Part shown: positions 26,198-36,640 of the stretch, piece after piece
Position numbering within the stretch: position 1 is the stretch's first letter
Layout: every line of letters starts with the position of its first letter
DNA from: a virus
Strand: one strand, 5' to 3'
DNA length: 64,000 nt
Virus record (IMG/VR): IMGVR_UViG_3300017917_004176
Span: 1 to 64,000 of that record
The notes under the pieces: generated by a model
Databases searched by the model: none
Seen by the model: only the letters and a program-made list of their open reading frames with translations
Told to the model about the DNA's origin: nothing
Made by a program: the position numbers and the translations under genes

Positions 26198-28534
26198 GTG
26201 TATAATGTTTTATCAAATGAATTTTTAGAGAAGTATGAAGATTTTAGTCCAAATATGAATGAGCTTGGAAAGTTTGTTTATTTGAGAACATATTCAAGAT
26301 ACTTAACTAGCGAAAATCGAAGAGAGAATTGGAAAGAAACTGTAAAGCGCTCTGTTGAGTTTAATATAAAACAAGAGTTAGACCACTTAACAAGACAAGG
26401 TATGCCTATAACAAAATATAAAAAACAGCGTATTGAACAAGAGGCACAAATGTTTTTTAATTCAATGTATGGGCTTAACCAATTTTTAAGTGGGCGAACT
26501 ATGTGGGTTGGAGATAGTAGTAATTCTGGTATTCAAAAATTTGCAATGGCAAACTTCAATTGTGCCTATACTAAAGTAGAAAAATGGGAAGATTTGGGAG
26601 ATTTATTTTATGCTCTTTTAGTTGGTACTGGTGTTGGCTTTGGATGTCGATTAGAAAATGCAGAGAAACTTGCGCCTATCAGACGCTTTGGTTACTTAGT
26701 TAAATTCAAAGATTATAATTATATTGGCTTCCCTGGAATGATTAGCGAATCTTCTTTAAGCCTAAGTCAAGATACTGCAACCATTGTAATCGGTGACAGT
26801 AAAGAAGGTTGGGTTGGCTCATTAAATATTTTCCTTTCACTATTGACAGATAAAAAATATGACTATATTAAATATATAACACTTGATTTTGATCATGTTC
26901 GCCCTAATGGAACTCCATTAAAAACATTTGGTGGAACTGCATCTGGTCCAGAACCTTTAAAAGAAATGTTCGAAGGAATTCTTAAAGTTATTAGAAATGA
27001 ATACGATCCTGACAATCTAGCCGATCCAATGATAGATGGAAAAAATCCTGCGTATGTAAAAGTTCGTCCTGTTCATATTATGGATATTGCTAATCTAATT
27101 GGTTATAATGTTGTTGTTGGTGGCGTTCGTAGAACAGCTGAAATTTTCTTGCTTGATGAAAATGATATGGAGTCTGTATTTGCAAAGTTTGGATTAAATG
27201 GGCTTTGGACACAAGAACACTATGATAAGTTTACTAAGATTTGGGATATGATTAAAGCAAGTGGTATGAGATATCCAGAGCAAAGATTTTATAAAATGAA
27301 AGATGATTTTTTATCCAAGGGTTTTTATGAAGGAACTGGCTTTCATCATCGCAGAATGTCAAATAACTCAGTAGCATTTATTGAAAAGCCTGCAAAAGAA
27401 TATGTTATGCTTTTAGGTGAAATGATGCAACTAGAAGGCGAACCTGGAATGATTAATTTATATGAAGCTGCTCGTAGAATTTTTGCTGCTATGGGAATAA
27501 GTAATCCAGGACATGAATCAATTTGTGAAGTGGCCAAAGAAATAGGTTTAAATCCTTGTGCCGAAATTATCCTGTTTTCAAAAGGATTATGTAATCTAAC
27601 CACTGTCAATGTTAAGAATTTCGTAAAACAAGAAAATGGAAAACATGTATTAGATATTCAAGGTCTTTTGAATGCTCAAGTTTTATCTGCTCGGGCAGGC
27701 CTTCGCATGACTCTGATTCAACTAGAACTTCCTGAGTGGCATCGAGTTCAATCTACATATCGTTTAACAGGATGTTCATTAACTGGTTATCAAGATGCGC
27801 TTGAAATGGTTGGCTTAACAAAAGAAGATGAAAAAGCTTTACTGGCGGCTCTACGTAAAGTAGGGCAAGATGCTGTTAATCAATATGCAGATGAGCTTCG
27901 CATTCCCGCTCCTTTGTTTGTCACAGCTATTAAACCAGAGGGAACTCTTTCTCAGGTTGCTGGTGGAGTAAGTCCTGGACTTCACTTTTCTCATGCACCT
28001 TATTATATTCGACGCATTCGAATCAATGCTCGTGACCCATTAGCTCTAGCAGTTAAAGAATCTGGCTGGACTATTAATCCTGAGGTTGGAACTCCTGGCG
28101 ATACCTATGAAGAACAAATGAAAAATGCTCGCACACTAGTTATTGATTTTCCTATTGCAAGTGGTGCGTCAAGAACTAAAGATGATGTTTCTGCTTTAGA
28201 ACAATTTGAAATATATAAAACATTTCAAAAATATTATACAGATATGAATACTTCAAATACAATCACAGTTAAGCCTGATGAATGGACTGGATTATTCGAA
28301 CAAATCTATGAAGACTGGGATCAATATGTTGGAGTTTCTTTCTTGGCTTTAGATGGTGGAACATATCAATTAGCGCCATATGAGACCATTACAGAAGAAA
28401 AATATAAAGAATTATCTGCAGTTCATAATCCTCTGAGATTAGATTTACTTCAAGAGTATGATTTAAAACTATATTCTGAATTATTAGATGACACGATGGA
28501 AGGCTGCGAAGCTGGAGTTTGCCCAGTAAGATAA
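26198..28534 (+). CDS. nrdJ: adenosylcobalamin-dependent (class II) ribonucleotide reductase
   Basis: YLRTYSR, NCA, GGVRRTA, NPCAEI, IKPEGT, C-terminal CEAGVCP. Confidence 0.92.
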   Translation: MYNVLSNEFLEKYEDFSPNMNELGKFVYLRTYSRYLTSENRRENWKETVKRSVEFNIKQELDHLTRQGMPITKYKKQRIEQEAQMFFNSMYGLNQFLSGRTMWVGDSSNSGIQKFAMANFNCAYTKVEKWEDLGDLFYALLVGTGVGFGCRLENAEKLAPIRRFGYLVKFKDYNYIGFPGMISESSLSLSQDTATIVIGDSKEGWVGSLNIFLSLLTDKKYDYIKYITLDFDHVRPNGTPLKTFGGTASGPEPLKEMFEGILKVIRNEYDPDNLADPMIDGKNPAYVKVRPVHIMDIANLIGYNVVVGGVRRTAEIFLLDENDMESVFAKFGLNGLWTQEHYDKFTKIWDMIKASGMRYPEQRFYKMKDDFLSKGFYEGTGFHHRRMSNNSVAFIEKPAKEYVMLLGEMMQLEGEPGMINLYEAARRIFAAMGISNPGHESICEVAKEIGLNPCAEIILFSKGLCNLTTVNVKNFVKQENGKHVLDIQGLLNAQVLSARAGLRMTLIQLELPEWHRVQSTYRLTGCSLTGYQDALEMVGLTKEDEKALLAALRKVGQDAVNQYADELRIPAPLFVTAIKPEGTLSQVAGGVSPGLHFSHAPYYIRRIRINARDPLALAVKESGWTINPEVGTPGDTYEEQMKNARTLVIDFPIASGASRTKDDVSALEQFEIYKTFQKYYTDMNTSNTITVKPDEWTGLFEQIYEDWDQYVGVSFLALDGGTYQLAPYETITEEKYKELSAVHNPLRLDLLQEYDLKLYSELLDDTMEGCEAGVCPVR

Positions 28535-28546
28535 GGAGGAAGTTTT

Positions 28547-29962
28547 ATGAAATATGATGTTTTAATCGTTGGAGCAGGACCTACTGGTATTTTTGCTGCA
28601 TATGAACTTATAAATAAAAGCCCCAATCTAAAAGTATTGGTTTTGGATAAAGGACATGAAATTACAAGACGCAATTGTCCTATATTAGAAGGTAGAATAG
28701 AAAAATGTCCACCACCAGCTGGTAAGAAAGATTATGCTGGATGCTTGCCTGCTTGTTCGATAACAAGCGGGTTTGGTGGAGCTGGAGCCTATTCTGATGG
28801 TAAGTTTAATATAACTTCTGAGTTCGGGGGATGGATGTCCGAATACCTACCCCCCTCTCAAGTTTTAGATTTAATTAAGTATGTAGATAAAATTAATCTA
28901 GAAATGGGCGCACCCCTAGAAAAGACTAACCCTAATTCTCCATATATAAATGAGATAGAAAAAAAGGCTATTTCGGCTGGTCTTAAATTATTGAAGGCAG
29001 AAGTAAGACATCTTGGAACTGAGCTCAATTTAGAAATCTTAAAAAGAATATATGATTCTTTGAAAAATAGAGTTGAGTTTAGATTTAAGACTGAAGTTAT
29101 TGATATTGAATTTCAAGATAATCAAGTTCAATCAGTCGTCACTAATAAAGGAGAAGTTTTACACGCAGAAACCTTTATTATATGTCCTGGTCGAGATGGT
29201 TCTATTTGGTTAAAAAACTTATTATCAAAACAAAAAGTTAAGTTTACAAACAATCAAGTAGATATTGGAGTTCGAGTTGAAACTTCTGACGTTATTATGT
29301 CTGACATTAATAAACACTTATACGAGGCCAAGTTTATATACAATACTTCCTTCGGAACAAAAGTAAGAACTTTTTGCTCAAATCCATCTGGTCATGTTGT
29401 AGTAGAAAATCATTCTGGAACAATGCTTGCAAATGGTCATTCTTATAAAGACCCTGTTTTGGCAAGTACAAATACAAACTTTGCTCTTCTTGTCTCTCAT
29501 GTTTTTACAGAGCCATTTAATCTAACTAATGAATATGCTCATGAAATTGCAAGACTTGCAAACCACCTTTCAAATGGTGGATTGATTATTCAAAAGTTTG
29601 GAGATATAATGAAAAATCGTAGAAGCACAGACAAGAGAATAAAAGAAGGGTTTGTTGAGCCAACATTAAAAGAAGCAGTACCAGGTGATTTAGGATTAGC
29701 TCTTCCATATGTGACCATGAAAAGTCTGATAGAAATGATCGAAGCTCTTGATGTAGTTACTCCAGGAATAGCTTCTGAACATACATTATTATATGGAGTA
29801 GAAGCAAAATTTTATTCTTCTCGTCCACAGGTAGACAAGACTTTTAAAACTTCCATTGATAATTTATATGTTGGTGGAGATGGCGCAGGTCTAACTCGAG
29901 GATTAGCACAAGCTAGTGCATCGGGAGTTTGGATTGCTAGAAATATATCTGAAAATAGGTGA
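28547..29962 (+). CDS. FAD-dependent oxidoreductase (COG2509-like)
   Basis: [29 protein letters not shown]. Confidence 0.85.
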   Translation: MKYDVLIVGAGPTGIFAAYELINKSPNLKVLVLDKGHEITRRNCPILEGRIEKCPPPAGKKDYAGCLPACSITSGFGGAGAYSDGKFNITSEFGGWMSEYLPPSQVLDLIKYVDKINLEMGAPLEKTNPNSPYINEIEKKAISAGLKLLKAEVRHLGTELNLEILKRIYDSLKNRVEFRFKTEVIDIEFQDNQVQSVVTNKGEVLHAETFIICPGRDGSIWLKNLLSKQKVKFTNNQVDIGVRVETSDVIMSDINKHLYEAKFIYNTSFGTKVRTFCSNPSGHVVVENHSGTMLANGHSYKDPVLASTNTNFALLVSHVFTEPFNLTNEYAHEIARLANHLSNGGLIIQKFGDIMKNRRSTDKRIKEGFVEPTLKEAVPGDLGLALPYVTMKSLIEMIEALDVVTPGIASEHTLLYGVEAKFYSSRPQVDKTFKTSIDNLYVGGDGAGLTRGLAQASASGVWIARNISENR

Positions 29963-29966
29963 ACAC

Positions 29967-31166
29967 ATGAGAGATACTAAAATACTAGATTTAATAAACA
30001 AAGAAGCAAAAAGACAAAAAAATAATATAGAGCTCATAGCTTCTGAGAACTTTGTTTCTCAAGATATTTTATTGGCTCAAGGTTCCATACTCACAAATAA
30101 GTATGCAGAAGGATATCCTGGAAGCAGATACTATGGTGGGTGTGAATGGGTTGATGAAGTAGAGCGAGTTGCAATAGAAAGAGCAAAACAATTATTCGGC
30201 GCTGAACATGTTAATGTTCAACCACATTCTGGATCACAGGCAAATACTGCAGTTTATTCTGCGCTTTTAACTCATGGTGATGTTGTTTTGGCAATGGACC
30301 TTGCACATGGTGGACATTTAACTCATGGAAGCCCAGTTAATTTTAGTGGTAAAACATACAATTTTTATCACTATGGAGTTGATAAAGAAACTCATTTAAT
30401 TGACTATGACCAGGTAAGAGAACAAGCTAAAAGACTTCAGCCAAAAATGATAGTTGCGGGTGCAAGCGCATATTCAAGAATAATTGATTTTGCAAAGTTT
30501 AGAGAAATAGCAGATGAAGTAGATGCTTATTTAATGGTTGATATGGCTCATATCTCAGGTTTAGTTGCAACAGGTGCGCATCCAAGTCCAGTACCATATG
30601 CAGACTTTGTTACGTCAACAACACATAAAACCCTAAGAGGTCCTCGCGGTGGAATAATACTAAGTAAGAAAGAATATGGTCCTGCTATAGACAAAGCGAT
30701 TTTCCCTGGTATACAAGGAGGTCCTTTGGTTCATGTTATAGCAGCTAAAGCCATATGTTTCAATGAGGCATTAGATCCATCATTTAAGTTGTATATTGAC
30801 AAAGTTGTTAGGAACTCAAAAAGATTTGCTCAAAATCTTCAAAACAATGGATTTGAAATTATTTCAGGTGGAACTGATAATCATCTTTTTTTAGTTAACG
30901 TTGCTAAAAAAGGACTTACAGGAAAACGAGTAGAAGAAAGTCTAGATGAAATAGGTATAACTCTAAATAAAAATTCCATTCCTTTTGACGAACTATCTTT
31001 TAAAGTGACTAGTGGTGTTAGAATTGGAACAGCCGCCGTAACCACCAGAGGTTTTGATGCTATTGAGATAGATGAGGTCTCAGAGATAATAACTGACTTC
31101 CTCGGCAATAAAATAACAAAACAAGAAGCTAGTGATCGAGTCAAAGACTTGACCTACGTATTCTAA
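29967..31166 (+). CDS. glyA: serine hydroxymethyltransferase
   Basis: [33 protein letters not shown]. Confidence 0.96.
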   Translation: MRDTKILDLINKEAKRQKNNIELIASENFVSQDILLAQGSILTNKYAEGYPGSRYYGGCEWVDEVERVAIERAKQLFGAEHVNVQPHSGSQANTAVYSALLTHGDVVLAMDLAHGGHLTHGSPVNFSGKTYNFYHYGVDKETHLIDYDQVREQAKRLQPKMIVAGASAYSRIIDFAKFREIADEVDAYLMVDMAHISGLVATGAHPSPVPYADFVTSTTHKTLRGPRGGIILSKKEYGPAIDKAIFPGIQGGPLVHVIAAKAICFNEALDPSFKLYIDKVVRNSKRFAQNLQNNGFEIISGGTDNHLFLVNVAKKGLTGKRVEESLDEIGITLNKNSIPFDELSFKVTSGVRIGTAAVTTRGFDAIEIDEVSEIITDFLGNKITKQEASDRVKDLTYVF

Positions 31167-31183
31167 AAAAGGAGAACAAAAAT

Positions 31184-31675
31184 ATGGCAAATGTAAGTCC
31201 TAAGCTTGTAGAGATGTTGAATCAACAAATTGCACATGAAGGCTTAAACTCTCAAAAATATGCTTATATTGGAGCATGGTTGCAAAACAAAGGATTAAAT
31301 AAAATTGGTGCACACTTTTTTCCAGGACAAACTGATGAAGAAAGAAGTCATCAAGATTTAATTCGTGATTATTTAATTAAAAGAAATGAAAATGTTCAAT
31401 CTTATGTTATTCCAGAATTTAAAATGGAACTGTCTGGCGTAACTCAAATTGCTCAATTTTATTTAGCAACAGAGCAAGAAACAACTGCAAAATTAAAAGC
31501 TATCGCACTAGCTGCTTTTGCAGAAGGAGATCTTTTAACTTTTGATTTTGCTATGGACATGGTTCATAAACAATTAAATGAAGAAGATGAGGCTATTACT
31601 TTCTTGGATAAAGCTATTATGGCTGATGATGCTCCAGAAGTATTATTGCTTTGGGATGCAAATTTTTCACTATAA
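31184..31675 (+). CDS. ferritin
   Basis: NQQI..E, EERSH, EQETT, Q.NEE ferroxidase pattern; 163 aa. Confidence 0.8.
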   Translation: MANVSPKLVEMLNQQIAHEGLNSQKYAYIGAWLQNKGLNKIGAHFFPGQTDEERSHQDLIRDYLIKRNENVQSYVIPEFKMELSGVTQIAQFYLATEQETTAKLKAIALAAFAEGDLLTFDFAMDMVHKQLNEEDEAITFLDKAIMADDAPEVLLLWDANFSL

Positions 31676-31693
31676 TATAAAGGGGGGTTTAAA

Positions 31694-32551
31694 ATGCCCT
31701 TAAAAAGAGATAGTTCTGATAAGTCTTTTAGAATGAATGTTTCTTTCTTAATAAGAGAGGGATATCTACAAGAGCAAGCTGAATTAATTGCTTTACAGAT
31801 ACAGAAAAAATCTGCATCTCGAGTTGTGACTGCAGAAGAAAAACTTTCTCAAATTGATTTTATTGAACTAGAAAAAATAATGGATAGTATAGAAGCAATT
31901 GAAGATGAGAATGATCAATTGAGTAAAAGATATGATATGGGTAGTATAAAAGATATTGGCCCAAGTGGAAAGCATTTAATATACTATACTACTGAAACAA
32001 AAGATCTTCAACTTCTAGAAGACGTAAAATTTTGGAATATGTTTATGGATGAATTGGATTCTTTCCCTTATGAAACTCATATTGAAAACGAAGAAGATAG
32101 AATTATTATTGTATCGAATATTCATGAAGAAGATGAATATGAGTTTGGAAAAAAGAAAACTGGTGCTAGTACACCAGCTCCAGCAAAAGATAGAATAAAA
32201 GGCAGTGAAAAAAATAAGCCTGGAACTGCAAAAGGTCCTGGTGGAGATATTGATATTGATGAAAGTACAGAAGCTGGATTAAAAAATAAAGTTTCTGAGC
32301 ATAATGAAAAAATGAAAAAACTTGGAAAGCCAGACTGGTCTAAGGCTACCTTGGGACAGCTAAAAGCTGTGTATAGAAGAGGTGCAGGAGCATACTCACA
32401 ATCTCATAGACCTGGTGTGTCTAGAGGTGCATGGGCGATGGCAAGAGTCAATGCATATTTGTATCTTTTAAAAAATGGTAGACCTAAGAGTAAAAACTAT
32501 GTAACAGACAATGATTTACTTCCAGAAAAACACCCAAAATCTACAAGATAA
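31694..32551 (+). CDS. hypothetical protein (MPLK N-terminal module plus basic C-terminal domain)
   Basis: N-terminal half paralogous to 32569; LKAVYRRGAGAY...WAMARVN. Confidence 0.7.
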   Translation: MPLKRDSSDKSFRMNVSFLIREGYLQEQAELIALQIQKKSASRVVTAEEKLSQIDFIELEKIMDSIEAIEDENDQLSKRYDMGSIKDIGPSGKHLIYYTTETKDLQLLEDVKFWNMFMDELDSFPYETHIENEEDRIIIVSNIHEEDEYEFGKKKTGASTPAPAKDRIKGSEKNKPGTAKGPGGDIDIDESTEAGLKNKVSEHNEKMKKLGKPDWSKATLGQLKAVYRRGAGAYSQSHRPGVSRGAWAMARVNAYLYLLKNGRPKSKNYVTDNDLLPEKHPKSTR

Positions 32552-32568
32552 AAAAAGGAGGTTATAAC

Positions 32569-33177
32569 GTGCCATTAAAGAAAAGTCCATCTGATAAGGC
32601 TGCACAAGCCAATATCAGAACTTTAATTAAAGAGGGCTATCCTAGAGAGCAAGCCGTAGCTATAGCTCTAGATATCCAAAGAAAAGAAGCTGAAAAGACA
32701 AAAGCAGAGCTAAAAACTCCGCAACAAAAAATTGAAGAGATAGATTTTAAGGCTCTTCATGACGAGCTTCTTTCTGCAAAAGCTATCAAAGATCCGCAGC
32801 ATGGACACTCAACTCGCTATGCATATGTTGGAACTGTTGCCGATTTAACTCCTAGTGGAAAGCACTATATATATTGGTCAGAAGATCACTCAAATCCAGA
32901 AATTGAAGCAGATGTTGAATTTTGGTCTATGTTTGAAGCAGAGTTAGAAAAATTTGATTTTCCTGTTTGGTTGGAAAATAATAAAGATGAAATTCTATTG
33001 GGCGCTTATTTTGCAGAAGATCAAAACTTTGTTGAACAACCTTCTGATGCTATTGAGGCTATGACAACTGAAGATTCAGTTGTAATAGATGAAGAGACTT
33101 CATATCAAGTAAATAATGAAGATGCTGAAGAAAATTCTCTTGGTGCTATATTAAATAAATTAATTACTAAAAAATAA
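32569..33177 (+). CDS. hypothetical protein (MPLKK...EQAVAIAL module)
   Basis: paralogue of 31694; AGGAGG RBS. Confidence 0.7.
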   Translation: MPLKKSPSDKAAQANIRTLIKEGYPREQAVAIALDIQRKEAEKTKAELKTPQQKIEEIDFKALHDELLSAKAIKDPQHGHSTRYAYVGTVADLTPSGKHYIYWSEDHSNPEIEADVEFWSMFEAELEKFDFPVWLENNKDEILLGAYFAEDQNFVEQPSDAIEAMTTEDSVVIDEETSYQVNNEDAEENSLGAILNKLITKK

Positions 33178-33195
33178 ATTTGAGGAGTAAGTAAT

Positions 33196-33456
33196 ATGAA
33201 AATTATTAAATTTTCTGCAGAATGGTGTGGCCCTTGTAAAATGTTAGATAAACAATTACCCCAAGTAATTGAGCATTTTGAATCCAAGGGAATCGCTTTA
33301 GAAATTGAAAAAATAGATATTGACTTAGACAAAGAAAAAGCTGAGCAATATGATATTATGGGAGTTCCAACTTTAATCTTGGAACCATCTCAAAAAAGAT
33401 TAGTTGGTTATATGCCAGCTGCAAAATTAATCGAGGAACTTGAAGCACAAAATTAA
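33196..33456 (+). CDS. trxA: thioredoxin
   Basis: WCGPC, GVPT. Confidence 0.88.
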   Translation: MKIIKFSAEWCGPCKMLDKQLPQVIEHFESKGIALEIEKIDIDLDKEKAEQYDIMGVPTLILEPSQKRLVGYMPAAKLIEELEAQN

Positions 33457-33524
33457 TTGACAAAATATAATATTTTTGATATAATTATTATATGGTCTTA
33501 TTTTTATAAAAAAGGAGAGTTATT

Positions 33525-33710
33525 ATGTCCAATAAAAAATTATTCTTTCAATGTTTCTCAATTAACTTTCATCGTTTTCTAAAAGCAAATGGTCTAAGAG
33601 CGATGAGCAAAAATGTCCACGCAAATGGAAAAACCTTTTGGGTTTATGAGCGCACAGAACAATTTGAAAAATGCCTTAAAATTTGGCACGATACTAAGCC
33701 CGTGAAATAG
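33525..33710 (+). CDS. small phage protein (DUF5659-like)
   Basis: FF.CFS.....FLK..G......H..GKTFWVY; own promoter. Confidence 0.6.
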   Translation: MSNKKLFFQCFSINFHRFLKANGLRAMSKNVHANGKTFWVYERTEQFEKCLKIWHDTKPVK

Positions 33711-33778
33711 GTTGACAAATCCTTATATTTTTGATATAATATAATTGTAATACAAAATAAATATAAGGAGAATTGTCT

Positions 33779-34852
33779 ATGCAAAAACGTTTTATTCTTA
33801 TCTTTTCAATCTTTGCAGCACTTTCTTTAGTTCTTTCTGCCTGTGGTGGAACGACTGAAGAAACTAAGTTTAAAGTTGGTATGGTTACTGACGCTGGTAC
33901 GATTGATGACAAATCTTTCAACCAAGGAACTTGGGAAGGTGTTTTAAAAGCTGGTAGTGATTTTAATTTAGATACTGTATATCTAAAACCAACTGGAACC
34001 ACTCAAGCAGATTATCTAAGAGAAATCACAAATTTATATGATACTGGTTACAAGCTTATTGTAACACCAGGCTTTAAATTTGAAACTACTATTTTTGAAG
34101 CTCAAACAAAATATCCTGATGCAAAATTCATTTTAATTGATGGATATCCTCATGCAGGAGATTGGGCTCCAGTAGTTGGAGAGAATACAGTTTCTATCTT
34201 CTTCGCAGAACATCAATCGGGCTTCCTAGCTGGTTTGGCTACTGCACTAGAAATTGGAACTGGTAAGGTTGGTTTTATTGGCGGTATGGAAATTCCTCCA
34301 GTTCAAAAATTCAACTGGGGCTTCCAACAAGGTGTTGCTTATGCAAATGCTAATTTTGGAACTACAGTAACTATTGCTCCAGAAGATGTTGTTTATCAAG
34401 GTTCATTCGATAATGTGCAAGCTGGTAAAACTATCGCTGCTGCTATGTATGAACGCGGAGTTAAAGTTATCTTTGCTGCTGCAGGTGGAGTTGGCGTAGG
34501 TGCTATCTCTGAAGCTAAAGATCGTGCATTAGCTGGCGAAGAAGTATGGATTGTTGGAGTAGATGTTGACCAATATGCTGAAGGAGTTTATACAGATGGT
34601 AAGTCAATCATCTTAACTTCTGCTATGAAATATATTGATCAAGCTGCGTATGATATGATTAAAGCTGAATTAGATGGAACATTCCCAGGTGGAGAAATCT
34701 TAACTTTCGATGTTACAAATAATGGAGTAGGTATTCCAAAAGAAAATCCTAATCTTTCAGCTGAAACTGTTGGCAAAGTAAATGAAGTTCTTGAATTATT
34801 AAAAGAGGGAACTGTTACTGTATCTGCTGAGCAAGGCAATTTAATTAAGTAA
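33779..34852 (+). CDS. BMP-family (PnrA/TmpC-like) nucleoside-binding lipoprotein
   Basis: lipobox LSAC; DDKSFNQ, GFLAG, FAAAGG.G.G, GVDVDQ, TSAMK. Confidence 0.88.
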   Translation: MQKRFILIFSIFAALSLVLSACGGTTEETKFKVGMVTDAGTIDDKSFNQGTWEGVLKAGSDFNLDTVYLKPTGTTQADYLREITNLYDTGYKLIVTPGFKFETTIFEAQTKYPDAKFILIDGYPHAGDWAPVVGENTVSIFFAEHQSGFLAGLATALEIGTGKVGFIGGMEIPPVQKFNWGFQQGVAYANANFGTTVTIAPEDVVYQGSFDNVQAGKTIAAAMYERGVKVIFAAAGGVGVGAISEAKDRALAGEEVWIVGVDVDQYAEGVYTDGKSIILTSAMKYIDQAAYDMIKAELDGTFPGGEILTFDVTNNGVGIPKENPNLSAETVGKVNEVLELLKEGTVTVSAEQGNLIK

Positions 34853-34943
34853 TATATCTTTAAGTGGTGCTATCTGGCGGCCCACTCTAAAAAATAAAAG
34901 CCAGAGTTTTATTATAAGGGCGAATTTAAAGGAGTGATGATCC

Positions 34944-35618
34944 ATGTTAAATCGCATTTATGACTGGATTGATGAGCGCCTAGATATTACACCTATTTGG
35001 CGAGATATCGCCGATCATGAAGTCCCAGAGCATGTAAATCCCGCACATCATTTTTCTGCATTCGTATACTGCTTTGGAGGACTTACATTTTTTGTTACTG
35101 TCATACAAATATTATCTGGAATGTTCTTAACAATGTACTATGTTCCAGATATTGAAAATGCTTGGCAATCGGTTTACTATTTACAAAATGAAGTTGCATT
35201 TGGACAGATTGTTCGTGGTATGCATCATTGGGGTGCAAGTGTTGTTATTGTTATGATGTTCTTACACACACTTAGAGTTTTCTTTCAAGGTGCCTATAAA
35301 AAACCACGCGAAATGAATTGGGTAGTAGGAGTTCTAATCTTCTTTGTTATGTTGGCCCTTGGTTTCACTGGATATTTACTACCATGGGACATGAAAGCAT
35401 TATTTGCTACAAAAGTTGGCCTGCAAATTGCAGAAGCAACACCATTTATAGGACCACTATTGAAAACATTATTAGCTGGATCAGCAGATGTTGTTGGGGC
35501 TCAAACATTAGCACGATTCTTTGCGATCCATGTATTCTTTCTACCTGCAGCACTTTTTGCCTTATTAGCAGCTCATTTTATTTTTATTCGCAAACAAGGC
35601 ATATCAGGGCCTTTGTAA
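34944..35618 (+). CDS. qcrB: menaquinol:cytochrome c reductase cytochrome b (b6) subunit
   Basis: VYCFGG, RGMHHW, FLHTLR, FTGYLLPWD, AIHVF, AAHF, GISGPL; 224 aa. Confidence 0.96.
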   Translation: MLNRIYDWIDERLDITPIWRDIADHEVPEHVNPAHHFSAFVYCFGGLTFFVTVIQILSGMFLTMYYVPDIENAWQSVYYLQNEVAFGQIVRGMHHWGASVVIVMMFLHTLRVFFQGAYKKPREMNWVVGVLIFFVMLALGFTGYLLPWDMKALFATKVGLQIAEATPFIGPLLKTLLAGSADVVGAQTLARFFAIHVFFLPAALFALLAAHFIFIRKQGISGPL

Positions 35619-35642
35619 GTTGAATAAGGGAGATGAACATAT

Positions 35643-36404
35643 ATGCAACGCGGAAAAGGAATGAAATTTGTTGGAGATTCTCGCATATCAGCAGATCGAA
35701 AGCCAAATATACCAAAAGATTATTCAGAATATCCTGGTAAGACAGAGGCTTTTTGGCCGAATTTTCTTCTTCGAGAATGGATGGTTGGGTCAGTATTTTT
35801 AATTGGATTTTTATTTTTAACTGCCGCACATTCAGCCCCACTAGAAAGAATTGCAGATCCAACTGATACAAACTACATACCATTACCAGACTGGTACTTT
35901 TTATTTCTATATCAGCTATTGAAATACACATATGCCTCTGGTCCATATACTGTTATTGGTGGACTAGTGCTTCCTGGAATTGCCTTTGGAGCATTACTTT
36001 TAGCGCCATTTTTAGATCGTAGTGAGCATAGACGCCCATGGAAACGACCTTTGGCTACTTCATTTATGCTATTAGGAACAGCTGCAACTATCTACTTAAC
36101 GTGGGAGTCTGTAGTAACAACAGATTGGAATAAACGAGAAGAACAGGGAAAAATTGTGGAAGAAAAAGAAATTGATACAAAAGCAGAAGGATATATATTA
36201 TTGTCGAATAATGGTTGTATATCTTGTCATGGAAATGATTTGGCGGGTGGCGCTGTTGGCCCAACATTAATTAATACTGGACTAACTTCTGAAGAAATAA
36301 AATCAATTGCGATTAATGGAGTAGGCAATATGCCTGCTGGAATATTTAAGGGCACACAAGAAGAACTGCAAATATTGGCTGATTATTTAGCCGAATTAAA
36401 ATGA
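35643..36404 (+). CDS. qcrC: menaquinol:cytochrome c reductase cytochrome b/c subunit
   Basis: EAFWPNFLL, PLPDWYFLFLYQLLK, CISCH heme c motif, axial Met NMPA. Confidence 0.94.
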   Translation: MQRGKGMKFVGDSRISADRKPNIPKDYSEYPGKTEAFWPNFLLREWMVGSVFLIGFLFLTAAHSAPLERIADPTDTNYIPLPDWYFLFLYQLLKYTYASGPYTVIGGLVLPGIAFGALLLAPFLDRSEHRRPWKRPLATSFMLLGTAATIYLTWESVVTTDWNKREEQGKIVEEKEIDTKAEGYILLSNNGCISCHGNDLAGGAVGPTLINTGLTSEEIKSIAINGVGNMPAGIFKGTQEELQILADYLAELK

Positions 36405-36431
36405 TATGAATTTGAAGGGTAGAGCGCCAAA

Positions 36432-36599
36432 ATGAAGGGTAGAATGGTTAAAATATTAAAAGAACATGGAATTAGAAGAGATCCTGAGACTCTTGAAAAA
36501 CTTGAAAGAATAAAGACTCATCGAATTATAAACCTTTATTACAAAGAAATTGTAGACAAAGGGCTCTTAGATTCAGTTGACAAAAATAAAAATTCATGA
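36432..36599 (+). CDS. 55-aa protein, YflJ/DUF2639-like
   Basis: KG..V..LK.HGIRR.....KLE..KTH...NLY pattern. Confidence 0.5.
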   Translation: MKGRMVKILKEHGIRRDPETLEKLERIKTHRIINLYYKEIVDKGLLDSVDKNKNS

Positions 36600-36640
36600 T
36601 ATAATAGGTATATAATTAAATAAATGGAGGAATAAATTCA

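Noticed and set aside
28547-36404. Host chromosome flank or prophage boundary
   Set aside because: Host-like genes are interleaved with phage-type genes and share the same promoter style, with no integrase or att site. Read mapping is still needed to exclude a chimera.
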